Positions 1 through 8,044 of a stretch of DNA of 64,000 bases are shown piece after piece. The stretch comes from a virus. The notes under the pieces are model-generated. The model did not search any database, was not told the DNA's origin, and was given only the letters and a program-made list of their open reading frames with translations. How positions within the stretch are numbered: the stretch's first letter is position 1; every line of letters starts with the position of its first letter. A program made the translations under genes and the position numbers. Location: positions 1 to 64,000 of IMG/VR virus record IMGVR_UViG_3300027763_000037; one strand, given 5' to 3'.

Positions 1-279
1 TGGTGTTCTTAATGCACCAAATTTTTGACCGTTTAGATTTGAGTAGCCACCTGTAAGTCCAGATACTGTTAGCAATCTTGCTTCTCCTACTGGCCAATGA
101 TTAGTGACATTGGCTGGTGCTTGATCATACCACTCCATTGTGGAATATGTAAAATATGCACCAGCAAAAGTTCCTCCAGTTGCTGTTAGATCTACTGAAT
201 ATACTGTTCCTGCGCTGCCATTAATGTTACCTGAGCCTGTTACTGTTCCTGCTCCGAATATTCCTCTTGGTGCTACCAT
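1..279 (-). CDS. Gly/Thr-rich hypothetical protein, 3' part outside window
   Basis: Open frame from ATG 279 to the window edge (MVAPRGIFGAGTVTGSG...); TGATATAAT -10 element 6 nt upstream. Confidence 0.6.
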   Translation of the reverse strand, partial: MVAPRGIFGAGTVTGSGNINGSAGTVYSVDLTATGGTFAGAYFTYSTMEWYDQAPANVTNHWPVGEARLLTVSGLTGGYSNLNGQKFGALRTP

Positions 280-337
280 AAGATTATTATATCACGGTAT
301 TTGACATTGAAGGGTGTGTGGGAGTATACTTAGTATA
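279..337. promoter_or_regulatory. Divergent promoter pair, both leaderless
   Basis: Minus: TGATATAAT (286-294), 6 nt before ATG 279. Plus: TTGACA(301)-18 nt-TATACT(325-330), 6 nt before ATG 337. Confidence 0.65.
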
Positions 338-459
338 TGAAAGAACCTAAGATTGCACAGATGGACTGGCGGAGCCTTGGTTATTGGCCTGTCTGGAAAA
401 ATGGAAAGAAAGTGTGGGTCCCTAAAGATGAACAACTTGACAACAATTCAGAAGACTAA
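337..459 (+). CDS. Small Trp-rich hypothetical protein (40 aa)
   Basis: MKEPKIAQMDWRSLGYWPVWKNGKKVWVPK...; starts 6 nt after a consensus -10; not in ORF track. Confidence 0.5.
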   Translation: MKEPKIAQMDWRSLGYWPVWKNGKKVWVPKDEQLDNNSED

Positions 460-730
460 TATCCTTCCATTACGATGGATAGGAAATTTCTGTGGGGAAT
501 ATGCTGGTAATCACCTTATTAAGGCTATTGATTTAGATGAGGAATTAGATAGTAACTTAGGTTTTCGTTATAAGTACCACGCAAAAATGTGGGTACTGCT
601 TAATAAACCTTATGAGTGGTGGGGCACATACTATCAACTTGATATAGAACAAATGAAAAAAGACTTAGAGGGTTCAGGGTGGGATGACTATGACGAGTTT
701 GGCAAAGCCTATTGGGATAAAGATGAGTAG
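428..730 (+). CDS. Hypothetical protein
   Basis: ORF track 353..730; ATG 428 is the more plausible start. Confidence 0.55.
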   Translation: MNNLTTIQKTNILPLRWIGNFCGEYAGNHLIKAIDLDEELDSNLGFRYKYHAKMWVLLNKPYEWWGTYYQLDIEQMKKDLEGSGWDDYDEFGKAYWDKDE

Positions 731-827
731 AATAATTATATGTCCAGTGTGTAAAAAAGAATGGGATTTGCGATGGGGAATTATGGCAAATGAATCATTA
801 TCAAACCACATGAAGGCTCACAAATGA
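723..827 (+). CDS. Small C2H2-like zinc-finger protein (34 aa)
   Basis: CPVC...HMKAH; ATGA overlap with the next gene. Confidence 0.55.
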   Translation: MSRIIICPVCKKEWDLRWGIMANESLSNHMKAHK

Positions 828-1273
828 AACCAATAGCACATATCTACGATGTAGATGGAACTCTTGCTAACGTTGATCCTTTCTTGCATCATGTTCGTGG
901 TGAAAAAAGAGATTACGATGCGTTTCATTCTGCCTCCATTGATGCATTGCCTAACATAGAAGTTTTAGAGATGTTGAATAATTCTGTTAGTGATGGCTAT
1001 TCAGTTTTAATTGTTACATCCCGCAAAGAAAAGTACCGTGGACTAACATCCATGTGGCTTGCCAAGAACAATATTAGATCGCATGGCCTATTCATGAGAG
1101 CAGATGATGATAACAGGCCAGATTATGAAGTCAAGAAAGATATACTTGATAAGGTATCAGAACTTTGGAGTGTTGAGCATGCGGTAGATGATAATCCAAA
1201 CGTAATAAGACTTTGGGAAAATCACAATATCCCTACAACAAAGATAGGTACTTGGGATGGACAAAAGGGATAG
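824..1273 (+). CDS. HAD-superfamily phosphatase (PNK/PseT 3'-phosphatase-like)
   Basis: DVDGT motif I, VTSR motif II, MR..DD.RPD..K, VDD motif IV. Confidence 0.85.
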   Translation: MKPIAHIYDVDGTLANVDPFLHHVRGEKRDYDAFHSASIDALPNIEVLEMLNNSVSDGYSVLIVTSRKEKYRGLTSMWLAKNNIRSHGLFMRADDDNRPDYEVKKDILDKVSELWSVEHAVDDNPNVIRLWENHNIPTTKIGTWDGQKG

Positions 1274-1461
1274 TGAAACAAACAAACGACAAAGACTCTT
1301 TACATAAACAAAACAGGGCTGAAAGAAATACTCAAAGAATTAAAGCAAAACCTAAAATGTCAAAGCAAGAAAGAATAGAGCAACGTATTCGTGAAGATAT
1401 AATTAGAACATCTCTAAATGAAATGGTTAAAGAAATTAATAACAAAGAGGCTAAGCAATAA
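1273..1461 (+). CDS. Small basic hypothetical protein
   Basis: ORF track; GTG overlapping the previous stop. Confidence 0.45.
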   Translation: MKQTNDKDSLHKQNRAERNTQRIKAKPKMSKQERIEQRIREDIIRTSLNEMVKEINNKEAKQ

Positions 1462-2071
1462 ATTTGTAATACTTACTGTATGTTTCTTGTATATCTTTGT
1501 GTGATTTAAGATACTTAACAATAGACTCGTAAGCGTCTGTTTTTGTGTGTGATTCAATTTGATTATGTATGTGAGAAGTCTTTATGTTTTCTTCTGCTAC
1601 CCCAGATTTTTTAAGAATATTTTTACAGAACAAGACAGGGTTATTTTCTAAATCAGAATATTTAACTTTAATAATTTTATTATTCAACTCAAGGCAATTA
1701 AGATAAGAATTGTATATCATTATTTGGTTATCTATAAAATTATTTTCACGAATACTTAGATTACTACCACTTTTAATCTGATCTTCATTTACTATAGACT
1801 TTCCTTCAATAACTCTTCCAACATGTCCAGAGAACCATCTATCAACATTATGAGAGATAGAGTCTATAGGATCTCTCAAAATGAAGTATGAATCTACATC
1901 TAAACCAAAGTCAGATAAAAGCATTATTGCTTCATGCTTCCATATTATCCATGAGTTGCCTTCTGGCATGTGATGATAATTCTCAGTTTGAGAATCTTTT
2001 ACCATACGAACACACATATCTGCTACAGACCATGCCCCAGAATTTGGGTAAGAATTAATTAATATTTTCAT
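1451..2071 (-). CDS. Sulfotransferase-like protein (paralogue 1)
   Basis: SYPNSG (5'-PSB-like loop), LRDPIDSIS (3'-PB motif), YSDLENNP. Confidence 0.65.
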   Translation of the reverse strand: MKILINSYPNSGAWSVADMCVRMVKDSQTENYHHMPEGNSWIIWKHEAIMLLSDFGLDVDSYFILRDPIDSISHNVDRWFSGHVGRVIEGKSIVNEDQIKSGSNLSIRENNFIDNQIMIYNSYLNCLELNNKIIKVKYSDLENNPVLFCKNILKKSGVAEENIKTSHIHNQIESHTKTDAYESIVKYLKSHKDIQETYSKYYKFIA

Positions 2072-2108
2072 ATATACATTGTATCAGTAGTAGTGTATAC
2101 TAATTATA
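2071..2108. promoter_or_regulatory. Back-to-back leaderless promoters for two sulfotransferases
   Basis: Minus TGATACAAT 2078-2086, 6 nt to ATG 2071; plus TATACT 2096-2101, 6 nt to ATG 2108. Confidence 0.65.
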
Positions 2109-2635
2109 TGCCTGTCGATTCAATTTATTTTTCAAACTATACAAGGTCTGGCCTTGCTTTTATGCAATATTTAATAACTCTTTGCCCAAATCTTCCTATG
2201 GGTCATGCCAGTCACGGAATTCAAACACGTCGGAGAACAATGACTGTTATAAGAAACCCTATGGATGTATGTGCATCATCAATTATAAATAATTATGATA
2301 ATTGTCAGGATATTAATCAAACTATTAAAGAAGAAGAACGCAAATATATAAAATTTTACAAAGAATTATTAAAACAAGATGATCTTATTGTTATAGATTT
2401 TAATGATCTTGTAGGCAGGCCAGAAGAAACTATGAAGTCTATTCACAAACTTTTAGATTTGCCGTTTTTAATGTATGATCGTGATAAAGATATGACATTT
2501 AATGAAGATGGTCACCTTCATACATCTAAAACACATCCTGAATATGATAGAATTAAGGATGCAGTTTATCAGATTACTCATACAAAGTCTTTAGAAATAT
2601 ATAAACAAACATTAGAAAGAGGGTTAAGAGTATGA
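2108..2635 (+). CDS. Sulfotransferase-like protein (paralogue 2)
   Basis: NYTRSG, IRNPMDVCAS, FNDLVGRPEETMKSIHKLLDL. Confidence 0.65.
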   Translation: MPVDSIYFSNYTRSGLAFMQYLITLCPNLPMGHASHGIQTRRRTMTVIRNPMDVCASSIINNYDNCQDINQTIKEEERKYIKFYKELLKQDDLIVIDFNDLVGRPEETMKSIHKLLDLPFLMYDRDKDMTFNEDGHLHTSKTHPEYDRIKDAVYQITHTKSLEIYKQTLERGLRV

Positions 2636-2727
2636 TAGTAGCACTAATAACATTTGCAGTAGGTTATATAGCCTGCTATTTTGTTATGACTTTTGGAATA
2701 AATAATGATAAGGAGAAAGATCAATGA
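2632..2727 (+). CDS. Small single-TM protein (31 aa)
   Basis: MIVALITFAVGYIACYFVMTFG...; ATGA overlaps at both ends. Confidence 0.5.
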   Translation: MIVALITFAVGYIACYFVMTFGINNDKEKDQ

Positions 2728-2909
2728 GTCTATGTACATGTGGATACTCCACTGACTACCCAGATTGTAATGGAACACACAGAGCAGTAAGAAGGCTAAG
2801 AGAAGAGATTGCCCAGGCTATTGAGGCTATAGACATAGAGTCTTCAGTAACAAACGCCGTGGGCACAAAAATCTTAGCAGCAAAGATAGCAAGAAATCAA
2901 AATGATTAA
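2724..2909 (+). CDS. CDGSH-type iron-sulfur domain protein
   Basis: CTCGYSTDYPDCNGTH matches C-x-C-x2-S-x3-P-x-C-D/N-G-S/T-H. Confidence 0.8.
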   Translation: MSLCTCGYSTDYPDCNGTHRAVRRLREEIAQAIEAIDIESSVTNAVGTKILAAKIARNQND

Positions 2910-2979
2910 TAGGATTATTTTTATAATAAAACAAAAGATTAAAAATAAAAAAATAAAAAAGGCAAAAAGAATATACTAA
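2902..2979 (+). CDS. Lys-rich micropeptide ending -RIY (25 aa)
   Basis: MINRIIFIIKQKIKNKKIKKAKRIY*; stop overlaps the ATG of the SGNH-like gene (TAATG). Confidence 0.6.
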   Translation: MINRIIFIIKQKIKNKKIKKAKRIY

Positions 2980-3881
2980 TGTCTTATGATGCTTTTAATG
3001 TAGAACTTAATCCATCAAAATTAATATATGGGCTTATGCAGCCACCCCATGACTATGTAAGTGATAAGTATAGTTATACTGTTAACAAAGATGGTTTTAG
3101 ATCTGTAGACTTTTTAACTAAGCCCCCGATAATTACCCTGGGATGCTCTATTACGTTCGGCACAGGGCTACCAGAAGGCTTTAATTGGCCATCACAGTTG
3201 CAGTCTTTGCTGGGCAAAGACAAGATGATTGGTAATCTTGGAGATCATGGATCATCAATAATGAAAAATATATCTCAGTTCTTTTCATTTGTAAAAAAAT
3301 ATAATTATCTTCCAGAATATCTTTTGTGTAACTTTCCAGACTTTCAAAGATTTTATTTTATTAATAAAAACTTAAATAATATGGAAAATCTTTTCTGGTT
3401 AAAAGAAAGCATAAAGACTAAGGGCACAGCGCCATTTGAATGGGATAAGATAGTTCCTTCTCAGTGGATTAATTGGTCTAACCTTGATCACATTAAAATG
3501 TTAGAGCAGTTTTGTTATTTTAATAACATAAAACTAATATGGACGACATGGTCTGATAATATTCCTGACGAACTTGAAGACTGTTTTGCTAAAGATTTTA
3601 TCTTTTATAAAAAAGATCCAACCAGAGAACTGTTTCCAAATGATTTTGAGTTTAACTTTGCAGTTGACAAGATAGATAATTTAAGAACTCATTACGCAAT
3701 TATAGATTCTAAATTAGATTGTCATAGTCAGGTTAGGGACAAAAATCAAGATGTATTTGATTTTGGATATGATCATGGAAATATTAATCCTCCATTTCAT
3801 CCACACCCTGGGTCGCATAGGCATGCACATTGGGCAGACTTTTTTTACAAAGAAATGGAGGGTATGACTAATGGCAATTAA
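2979..3881 (+). CDS. SGNH/GDSL-like acyltransferase/esterase (paralogue 1)
   Basis: NKDGFRS..F, LGCSITFG (block I Ser), NLG..G.S, C-terminal PHPG...H..WA. Confidence 0.7.
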   Translation: MSYDAFNVELNPSKLIYGLMQPPHDYVSDKYSYTVNKDGFRSVDFLTKPPIITLGCSITFGTGLPEGFNWPSQLQSLLGKDKMIGNLGDHGSSIMKNISQFFSFVKKYNYLPEYLLCNFPDFQRFYFINKNLNNMENLFWLKESIKTKGTAPFEWDKIVPSQWINWSNLDHIKMLEQFCYFNNIKLIWTTWSDNIPDELEDCFAKDFIFYKKDPTRELFPNDFEFNFAVDKIDNLRTHYAIIDSKLDCHSQVRDKNQDVFDFGYDHGNINPPFHPHPGSHRHAHWADFFYKEMEGMTNGN

Positions 3882-4614
3882 AGAAGAATATATTCCTGAT
3901 GGTATTGGGGCACAGTTATTTAGAAAGATTGTTGTAAAGTCTTATGCCGATGCCATTGGAGAAGAGTATTACAATGATCCTATTAAAGATTTTTTAATAC
4001 ATGAATCTGATAACATAAAAACAGAAGATGAAAAAAATAAAATTATAGAACAGTTTAACAATCTTATATCACACACAAATTCTAAAGATATGAATTATGA
4101 TATTAAAGAAATTAGTACAAATGAAATTAATTCTTCAATGCTTACTAACTTTAATTTTTTAAATATTGAAACAATTAAAGAAAATAGAATTGTCATACAT
4201 ATTAGAAGAGGAAATGTCATACCAACGAACCCTCGCTGGATAGATGAAGAAAGATATGTAGAACTTATAGAGAACATAGATAATATTTCAAAACTTTTTT
4301 CATTAGAAAACCCAGACATATTTATTTTGACAGATTCTCCAGTTAATACAAATAAGTTTAAGCCATATGAAAAACAAGATGATTACTGGAAACAAGAACA
4401 TCTTGTTGCTGATAGCAATGGAGAATATCCCTTAACATCAATTAATCCTGATAACTTTCCTAATGTTAAGATAATAAATAACATGGGTACGTATGAGTCA
4501 TTTCTTTTTATGCTTAACTCAGCAGTTATAGTTCCATCTTGGTCAGCATTTAGTAAAGCAGCATCATTGTTAACAAAGAATTCTTATGTTGACATCTTTG
4601 GCGTATTAGGATAG
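3871..4614 (+). CDS. GT11-like (alpha-1,2-fucosyltransferase-like) glycosyltransferase
   Basis: DGIGAQL, HIRRG GDP-sugar motif, C-terminal S.FS. Confidence 0.65.
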   Translation: MAIKEEYIPDGIGAQLFRKIVVKSYADAIGEEYYNDPIKDFLIHESDNIKTEDEKNKIIEQFNNLISHTNSKDMNYDIKEISTNEINSSMLTNFNFLNIETIKENRIVIHIRRGNVIPTNPRWIDEERYVELIENIDNISKLFSLENPDIFILTDSPVNTNKFKPYEKQDDYWKQEHLVADSNGEYPLTSINPDNFPNVKIINNMGTYESFLFMLNSAVIVPSWSAFSKAASLLTKNSYVDIFGVLG

Positions 4615-4617
4615 ACT
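4589..4617 (+). promoter_or_regulatory. Sigma70-type promoter for the tRNA cluster
   Basis: TTGACA(4589)-17 nt-TAGACT(4612). Confidence 0.55.
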
Positions 4618-4627
4618 TAGTCTATAA

Positions 4628-4702
4628 GCACCAGTAGCCAAGTTGGTTAAGGCACCGAACTCATAATTCGGCTATTCGTAGGTTCAAGTCCTACCTGGTG
4701 TA
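4628..4702 (+). tRNA. tRNA with CAT anticodon (Ile2 or elongator Met)
   Basis: Acceptor GCACCAG/CTGGTGT, anticodon arm CCGAA-CTCATAA-TTCGG, T-loop GTTCAAG. Confidence 0.9.
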
Positions 4703-4706
4703 CAAA

Positions 4707-4780
4707 GCGAGTGTTGCATAATGGTAGTGCATCATCCTTCCAAGTTGATTGTGCCAGTTCGATTCTGGTCACTCGCTCCA
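4707..4780 (+). tRNA. tRNA-Gly(TCC)
   Basis: Acceptor GCGAGTG/CACTCGC, loop CTTCCAA, GTTCGA T-loop, encoded CCA. Confidence 0.9.
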
Positions 4781-4781
4781 T

Positions 4782-4857
4782 ACCTCTGTAGTTCAGTGGA
4801 CAGAACGATGGACTTCTAAGCCATGCGTCGCAAGTTCGATTCTTGCCAGGGGTACCA
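4782..4857 (+). tRNA. tRNA-Arg(TCT)
   Basis: Acceptor ACCTCTG/CAGGGGT, loop CTTCTAA, GTTCGA, encoded CCA. Confidence 0.9.
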
Positions 4858-4875
4858 GTGGTATAATTAAATTAT

Positions 4876-5424
4876 ATGAAACTTTTGCTTGCTACCTATC
4901 CAAGAACTGGACAACATTTATTGCGTGATCATATATCACAAAAATTAAATGTTGAACTTGACCATACTCATGACTGCAGAATTAACACCTATGACAAAAT
5001 GATAACAATTGCCAGAGATCCAAAAGAGGCTATAGCGTCTTGGATGGCAATGGAACTACATCATGAAGATATTGAACCAACAAGAAAACCTCAGCCATTA
5101 GAGTTTTATGCTAAATCTGCTTCTGTTGAACATATTATTTTTCATAAATATGCAATAAGAAGTGCTTCAGAAGTCTTTGATTACACTCTTTTGAATAGCC
5201 ACATGGACAGTATCATTGATAAAATAAGTAAAAAGTTTAACATAGAAAAAACAAATGCAGAGTATGTAAATAGAATATCAGATACAAAAGGTAAGAAACA
5301 TATAGTAAGCAGTCAAAAAACAAAACATTACGAAGAAATTAAAAATTTTTTAAACTCATATGATTTATCAGAAAATTATAAGTTATATCAAGAATTATAT
5401 TCAATGTGTGCTGACTTAGGTTAA
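4876..5424 (+). CDS. Sulfotransferase-like protein (paralogue 3)
   Basis: TYPRTG, ARDPKEAIAS; own TGGTATAAT promoter at 4859-4867. Confidence 0.7.
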   Translation: MKLLLATYPRTGQHLLRDHISQKLNVELDHTHDCRINTYDKMITIARDPKEAIASWMAMELHHEDIEPTRKPQPLEFYAKSASVEHIIFHKYAIRSASEVFDYTLLNSHMDSIIDKISKKFNIEKTNAEYVNRISDTKGKKHIVSSQKTKHYEEIKNFLNSYDLSENYKLYQELYSMCADLG

Positions 5425-6528
5425 CTCTTTCCAATTAAAATCATAATTGTTTTTGTCTAAAATTGGGTAAGATTCATTATTGTTAATTCTTTTTTCATAC
5501 CAATCCTTTGCTTTTTTAAATAGTTCTGCCATATCAAACTCATTAAAATACTCTTCTGCAGATCTTGTTGCATGAGGCATAGAGTATCTATTCTTTTCAT
5601 CTAAACAAAAAAACCTATCAGCATGCTGTCTTTCAATAGTATCGTTGCCACAAAACTTTCCTCTAAAATATTTTACTGGGTACTTGCTATTATAAACTGT
5701 TTGATTATAATCAAAGTTATCATGACCAAGGTAGTGCTCAACTATGTTTGCATAGACATCCCATCCTGACATATAAGTGTATAAACTATCTATCATTTCT
5801 TCAGAAACAAATTGAGATCGAGAATCAAAGAGTGTATCTTCTATATATTCTTTTCTTGCAAATATGAAATTGCCTCCAACAAAACCAGTTCTTATGTATC
5901 TGTCATCAATTAGTTTTGCATCAGACAAAGGGTATTCTTTTGCTACCTGATTCATATTATCAAGCAATTCCCATCTTCTGTCTTCATCTAAAAGTATTGA
6001 TTTCTTTTCTGTAAACCTTGCATTCCATGCAAAACTTACACCATCCCTGTCTATCAAAGCATCTCCAGGATATTGATTTGTTTGTTGTGATATTATGACT
6101 TTCCCAGACTTAGATGCTTTGCTTAGTATTCTCAAGTCATTTTTTAATTTTGTGTCCCATCCCTCACAGAAGTGTGTATGAGAGTCTATTTGTAAAAAGT
6201 ATTCTTGAAATGTCATTAACTTTCTTAATACGTGCCTTATTCTAACAGTTCCAGGACGATTTTCTGCTGCACAATAAATTTTTATTATTTTTTGTGGATC
6301 TATAAACGATACATCTGGTATTTCTATTTTTTCATACTGCAGAGCAATACCAAAATATATCTTATCTGGGTTATCTGCATTGTCGATGATAGATTTAATA
6401 GTTCTAATAAGATATTGGTCATCATAAGAGGCTACGGATATATATATTGTGTCAGGTATTACAGACAAAGATTCTAAGATAGGAACTTCTCTTGTGTCTA
6501 TAATGTATGGATCTTCTACATATTCCAT
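5416..6528 (-). CDS. Skp1/Gnt1-type (GT60-like) GlcNAc transferase
   Basis: TIYISVASYDD, G..RIRH, YFLQIDSH..F...WD, GGNFIF, F.SEE, SGWDVY. Confidence 0.75.
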   Translation of the reverse strand: MEYVEDPYIIDTREVPILESLSVIPDTIYISVASYDDQYLIRTIKSIIDNADNPDKIYFGIALQYEKIEIPDVSFIDPQKIIKIYCAAENRPGTVRIRHVLRKLMTFQEYFLQIDSHTHFCEGWDTKLKNDLRILSKASKSGKVIISQQTNQYPGDALIDRDGVSFAWNARFTEKKSILLDEDRRWELLDNMNQVAKEYPLSDAKLIDDRYIRTGFVGGNFIFARKEYIEDTLFDSRSQFVSEEMIDSLYTYMSGWDVYANIVEHYLGHDNFDYNQTVYNSKYPVKYFRGKFCGNDTIERQHADRFFCLDEKNRYSMPHATRSAEEYFNEFDMAELFKKAKDWYEKRINNNESYPILDKNNYDFNWKELT

Positions 6529-6531
6529 AAT

Positions 6532-7296
6532 TTAGTTTTGTTTGCCTTTAGACACAACCGTAACGACTGCATGTTCATCAAAAAGATGCTCTACAAGATC
6601 TTCTTCAAGTTGTCTAATTACTTGACTATACTTTCCATGAACAATATTTTGGTTTTGCAATCCGCCGTTTATTACTAAGCAAACCTCTCTATCCTCATTA
6701 AAAATTTCTAACATTTCTTTTAATAGTTCTAATATATTATATCTATAGTGAAGCAAAACAAGAAGTTCTTTAATATCTTTTATTCTTTCCAGAGTTTCAA
6801 TTTCTTTTTGTGCTGCATCATTTTCAATAACGATTCCTTCTTCAATAGATGCACGAGTTGCATCATTTGCAAAAAATTCTTTTAGCATGTAGCCAGCCTC
6901 TCCAGACTCCATAGCAGAAAGAGCAATTGCTAATGGCGCTGCAGATGGGCCAGCAACAATAGAAACTTCATATCCTTCTGACCTGACTTTTCTTATAAGA
7001 GATGATCCTGGGTCTGCAATTCCTGGATAGCCCATATGCAATAACAGCATTGTATTCTTACCAGAATCAAGAATTTCTTTTGTTTTTGAGAATTGTTCCT
7101 CAAGTGTATAATCAAGAAAAACATCATAGTTTATTTTGTTTTGTATGTTTAGATTGGTCATATCTTTTAGCAATTGGTCTTCATGCTCTACCCATACAAA
7201 CTCTCCAGACTTTAGATAGTCCAGCACCTTTTGTGGTGTATCTGTTGGGTCTGTTAGATGATTGCAACCTATTATAAAAGTGCCGTTTTTATTCAT
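6532..7296 (-). CDS. RsmI-like tetrapyrrole-methylase-fold methyltransferase
   Basis: GYPGIADPG, VSIVAGPSA..LA..LS, DREVCLV. Confidence 0.7.
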   Translation of the reverse strand: MNKNGTFIIGCNHLTDPTDTPQKVLDYLKSGEFVWVEHEDQLLKDMTNLNIQNKINYDVFLDYTLEEQFSKTKEILDSGKNTMLLLHMGYPGIADPGSSLIRKVRSEGYEVSIVAGPSAAPLAIALSAMESGEAGYMLKEFFANDATRASIEEGIVIENDAAQKEIETLERIKDIKELLVLLHYRYNILELLKEMLEIFNEDREVCLVINGGLQNQNIVHGKYSQVIRQLEEDLVEHLFDEHAVVTVVSKGKQN

Positions 7297-7324
7297 AAGA
7301 TAATTGTAGCATATGGTGTATAAT
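7296..7324. promoter_or_regulatory. Divergent promoter pair
   Basis: Minus TGCTACAAT 7303-7311, 6 nt to ATG 7296; plus TATAAT 7319-7324. Confidence 0.6.
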
Positions 7325-7347
7325 TATAGTCTACAGATAGGGTCTAA

Positions 7348-8043
7348 ATGGCAAGAGAAATAGTTCCATCATTCATTGATTCATTCCCAGAACTACCGCT
7401 TAATCAAATTGAAGATGGTCATAAATTAGATCAAGATCAACTAAACAATACAAAACTTTATGCTTCAAGAGAAGAATACACAAAGCATCTTCCAAAAAAT
7501 ATGAGGTATATGGAGATAGGTGTTGCTTGGGGATATTACTCTGAGTTAGTTGCAGAAAATGCCAGCCCGAAAAGTATAGACTTGTTAGATTTTTATGATC
7601 TTGATCTTAAGTGTTGGTCATGGAGAAAGTTTGGAGAGTGTAAATGCGAGCCTGTTAAGCATGAAATGAAGTATACTCCAGAAACCCATGAGCCTTACAT
7701 AAAGGAATTGTTTAGTAAGTATAATAATGTTTCAACATTAAAAGGAAATGCAGTCGACATTCTTCCAGGCATAAACAAGGAATATGATTATATCTATATA
7801 GACATTTCAAATAAAAGGGATCAAACAAGAAAAGTTCTGAACTTATCTGCTGGACTTGTTCCCATTGGAGGAATAATTGGAATGAACGATTACTTGATCT
7901 TTGATGGTATTATAGAAGAGGCTCCTTACGGAACCTATCAAACTGTAAATGAATTTTTACACAAAAATAAAAATTGGTCAGTTACTGCGTTAGCACTGCA
8001 CAATCTTGGGTTTTACGATATATATATAAAAAGGGAGCAATAG
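7348..8043 (+). CDS. Class I SAM methyltransferase (Methyltransf_24-like)
   Basis: MEIGVAWG, YDYIYID, GGIIGMNDY. Confidence 0.8.
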   Translation: MAREIVPSFIDSFPELPLNQIEDGHKLDQDQLNNTKLYASREEYTKHLPKNMRYMEIGVAWGYYSELVAENASPKSIDLLDFYDLDLKCWSWRKFGECKCEPVKHEMKYTPETHEPYIKELFSKYNNVSTLKGNAVDILPGINKEYDYIYIDISNKRDQTRKVLNLSAGLVPIGGIIGMNDYLIFDGIIEEAPYGTYQTVNEFLHKNKNWSVTALALHNLGFYDIYIKREQ

Positions 8044-8044
8044 C

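Noticed and set aside
353-427. Upstream extensions given by the ORF track (353, 2093, 10233, 21238, 28095, 38785, 47724)
   Set aside because: They run through promoters or neighbouring genes; downstream starts fit SD, leaderless spacing or translational coupling better
4611-4627. ATAGAC...TAGTCTATAA shared between the tRNA promoter and the 10.7-kb RNA
   Set aside because: The match is short and AT-rich, occurs in different structural contexts and is probably coincidental
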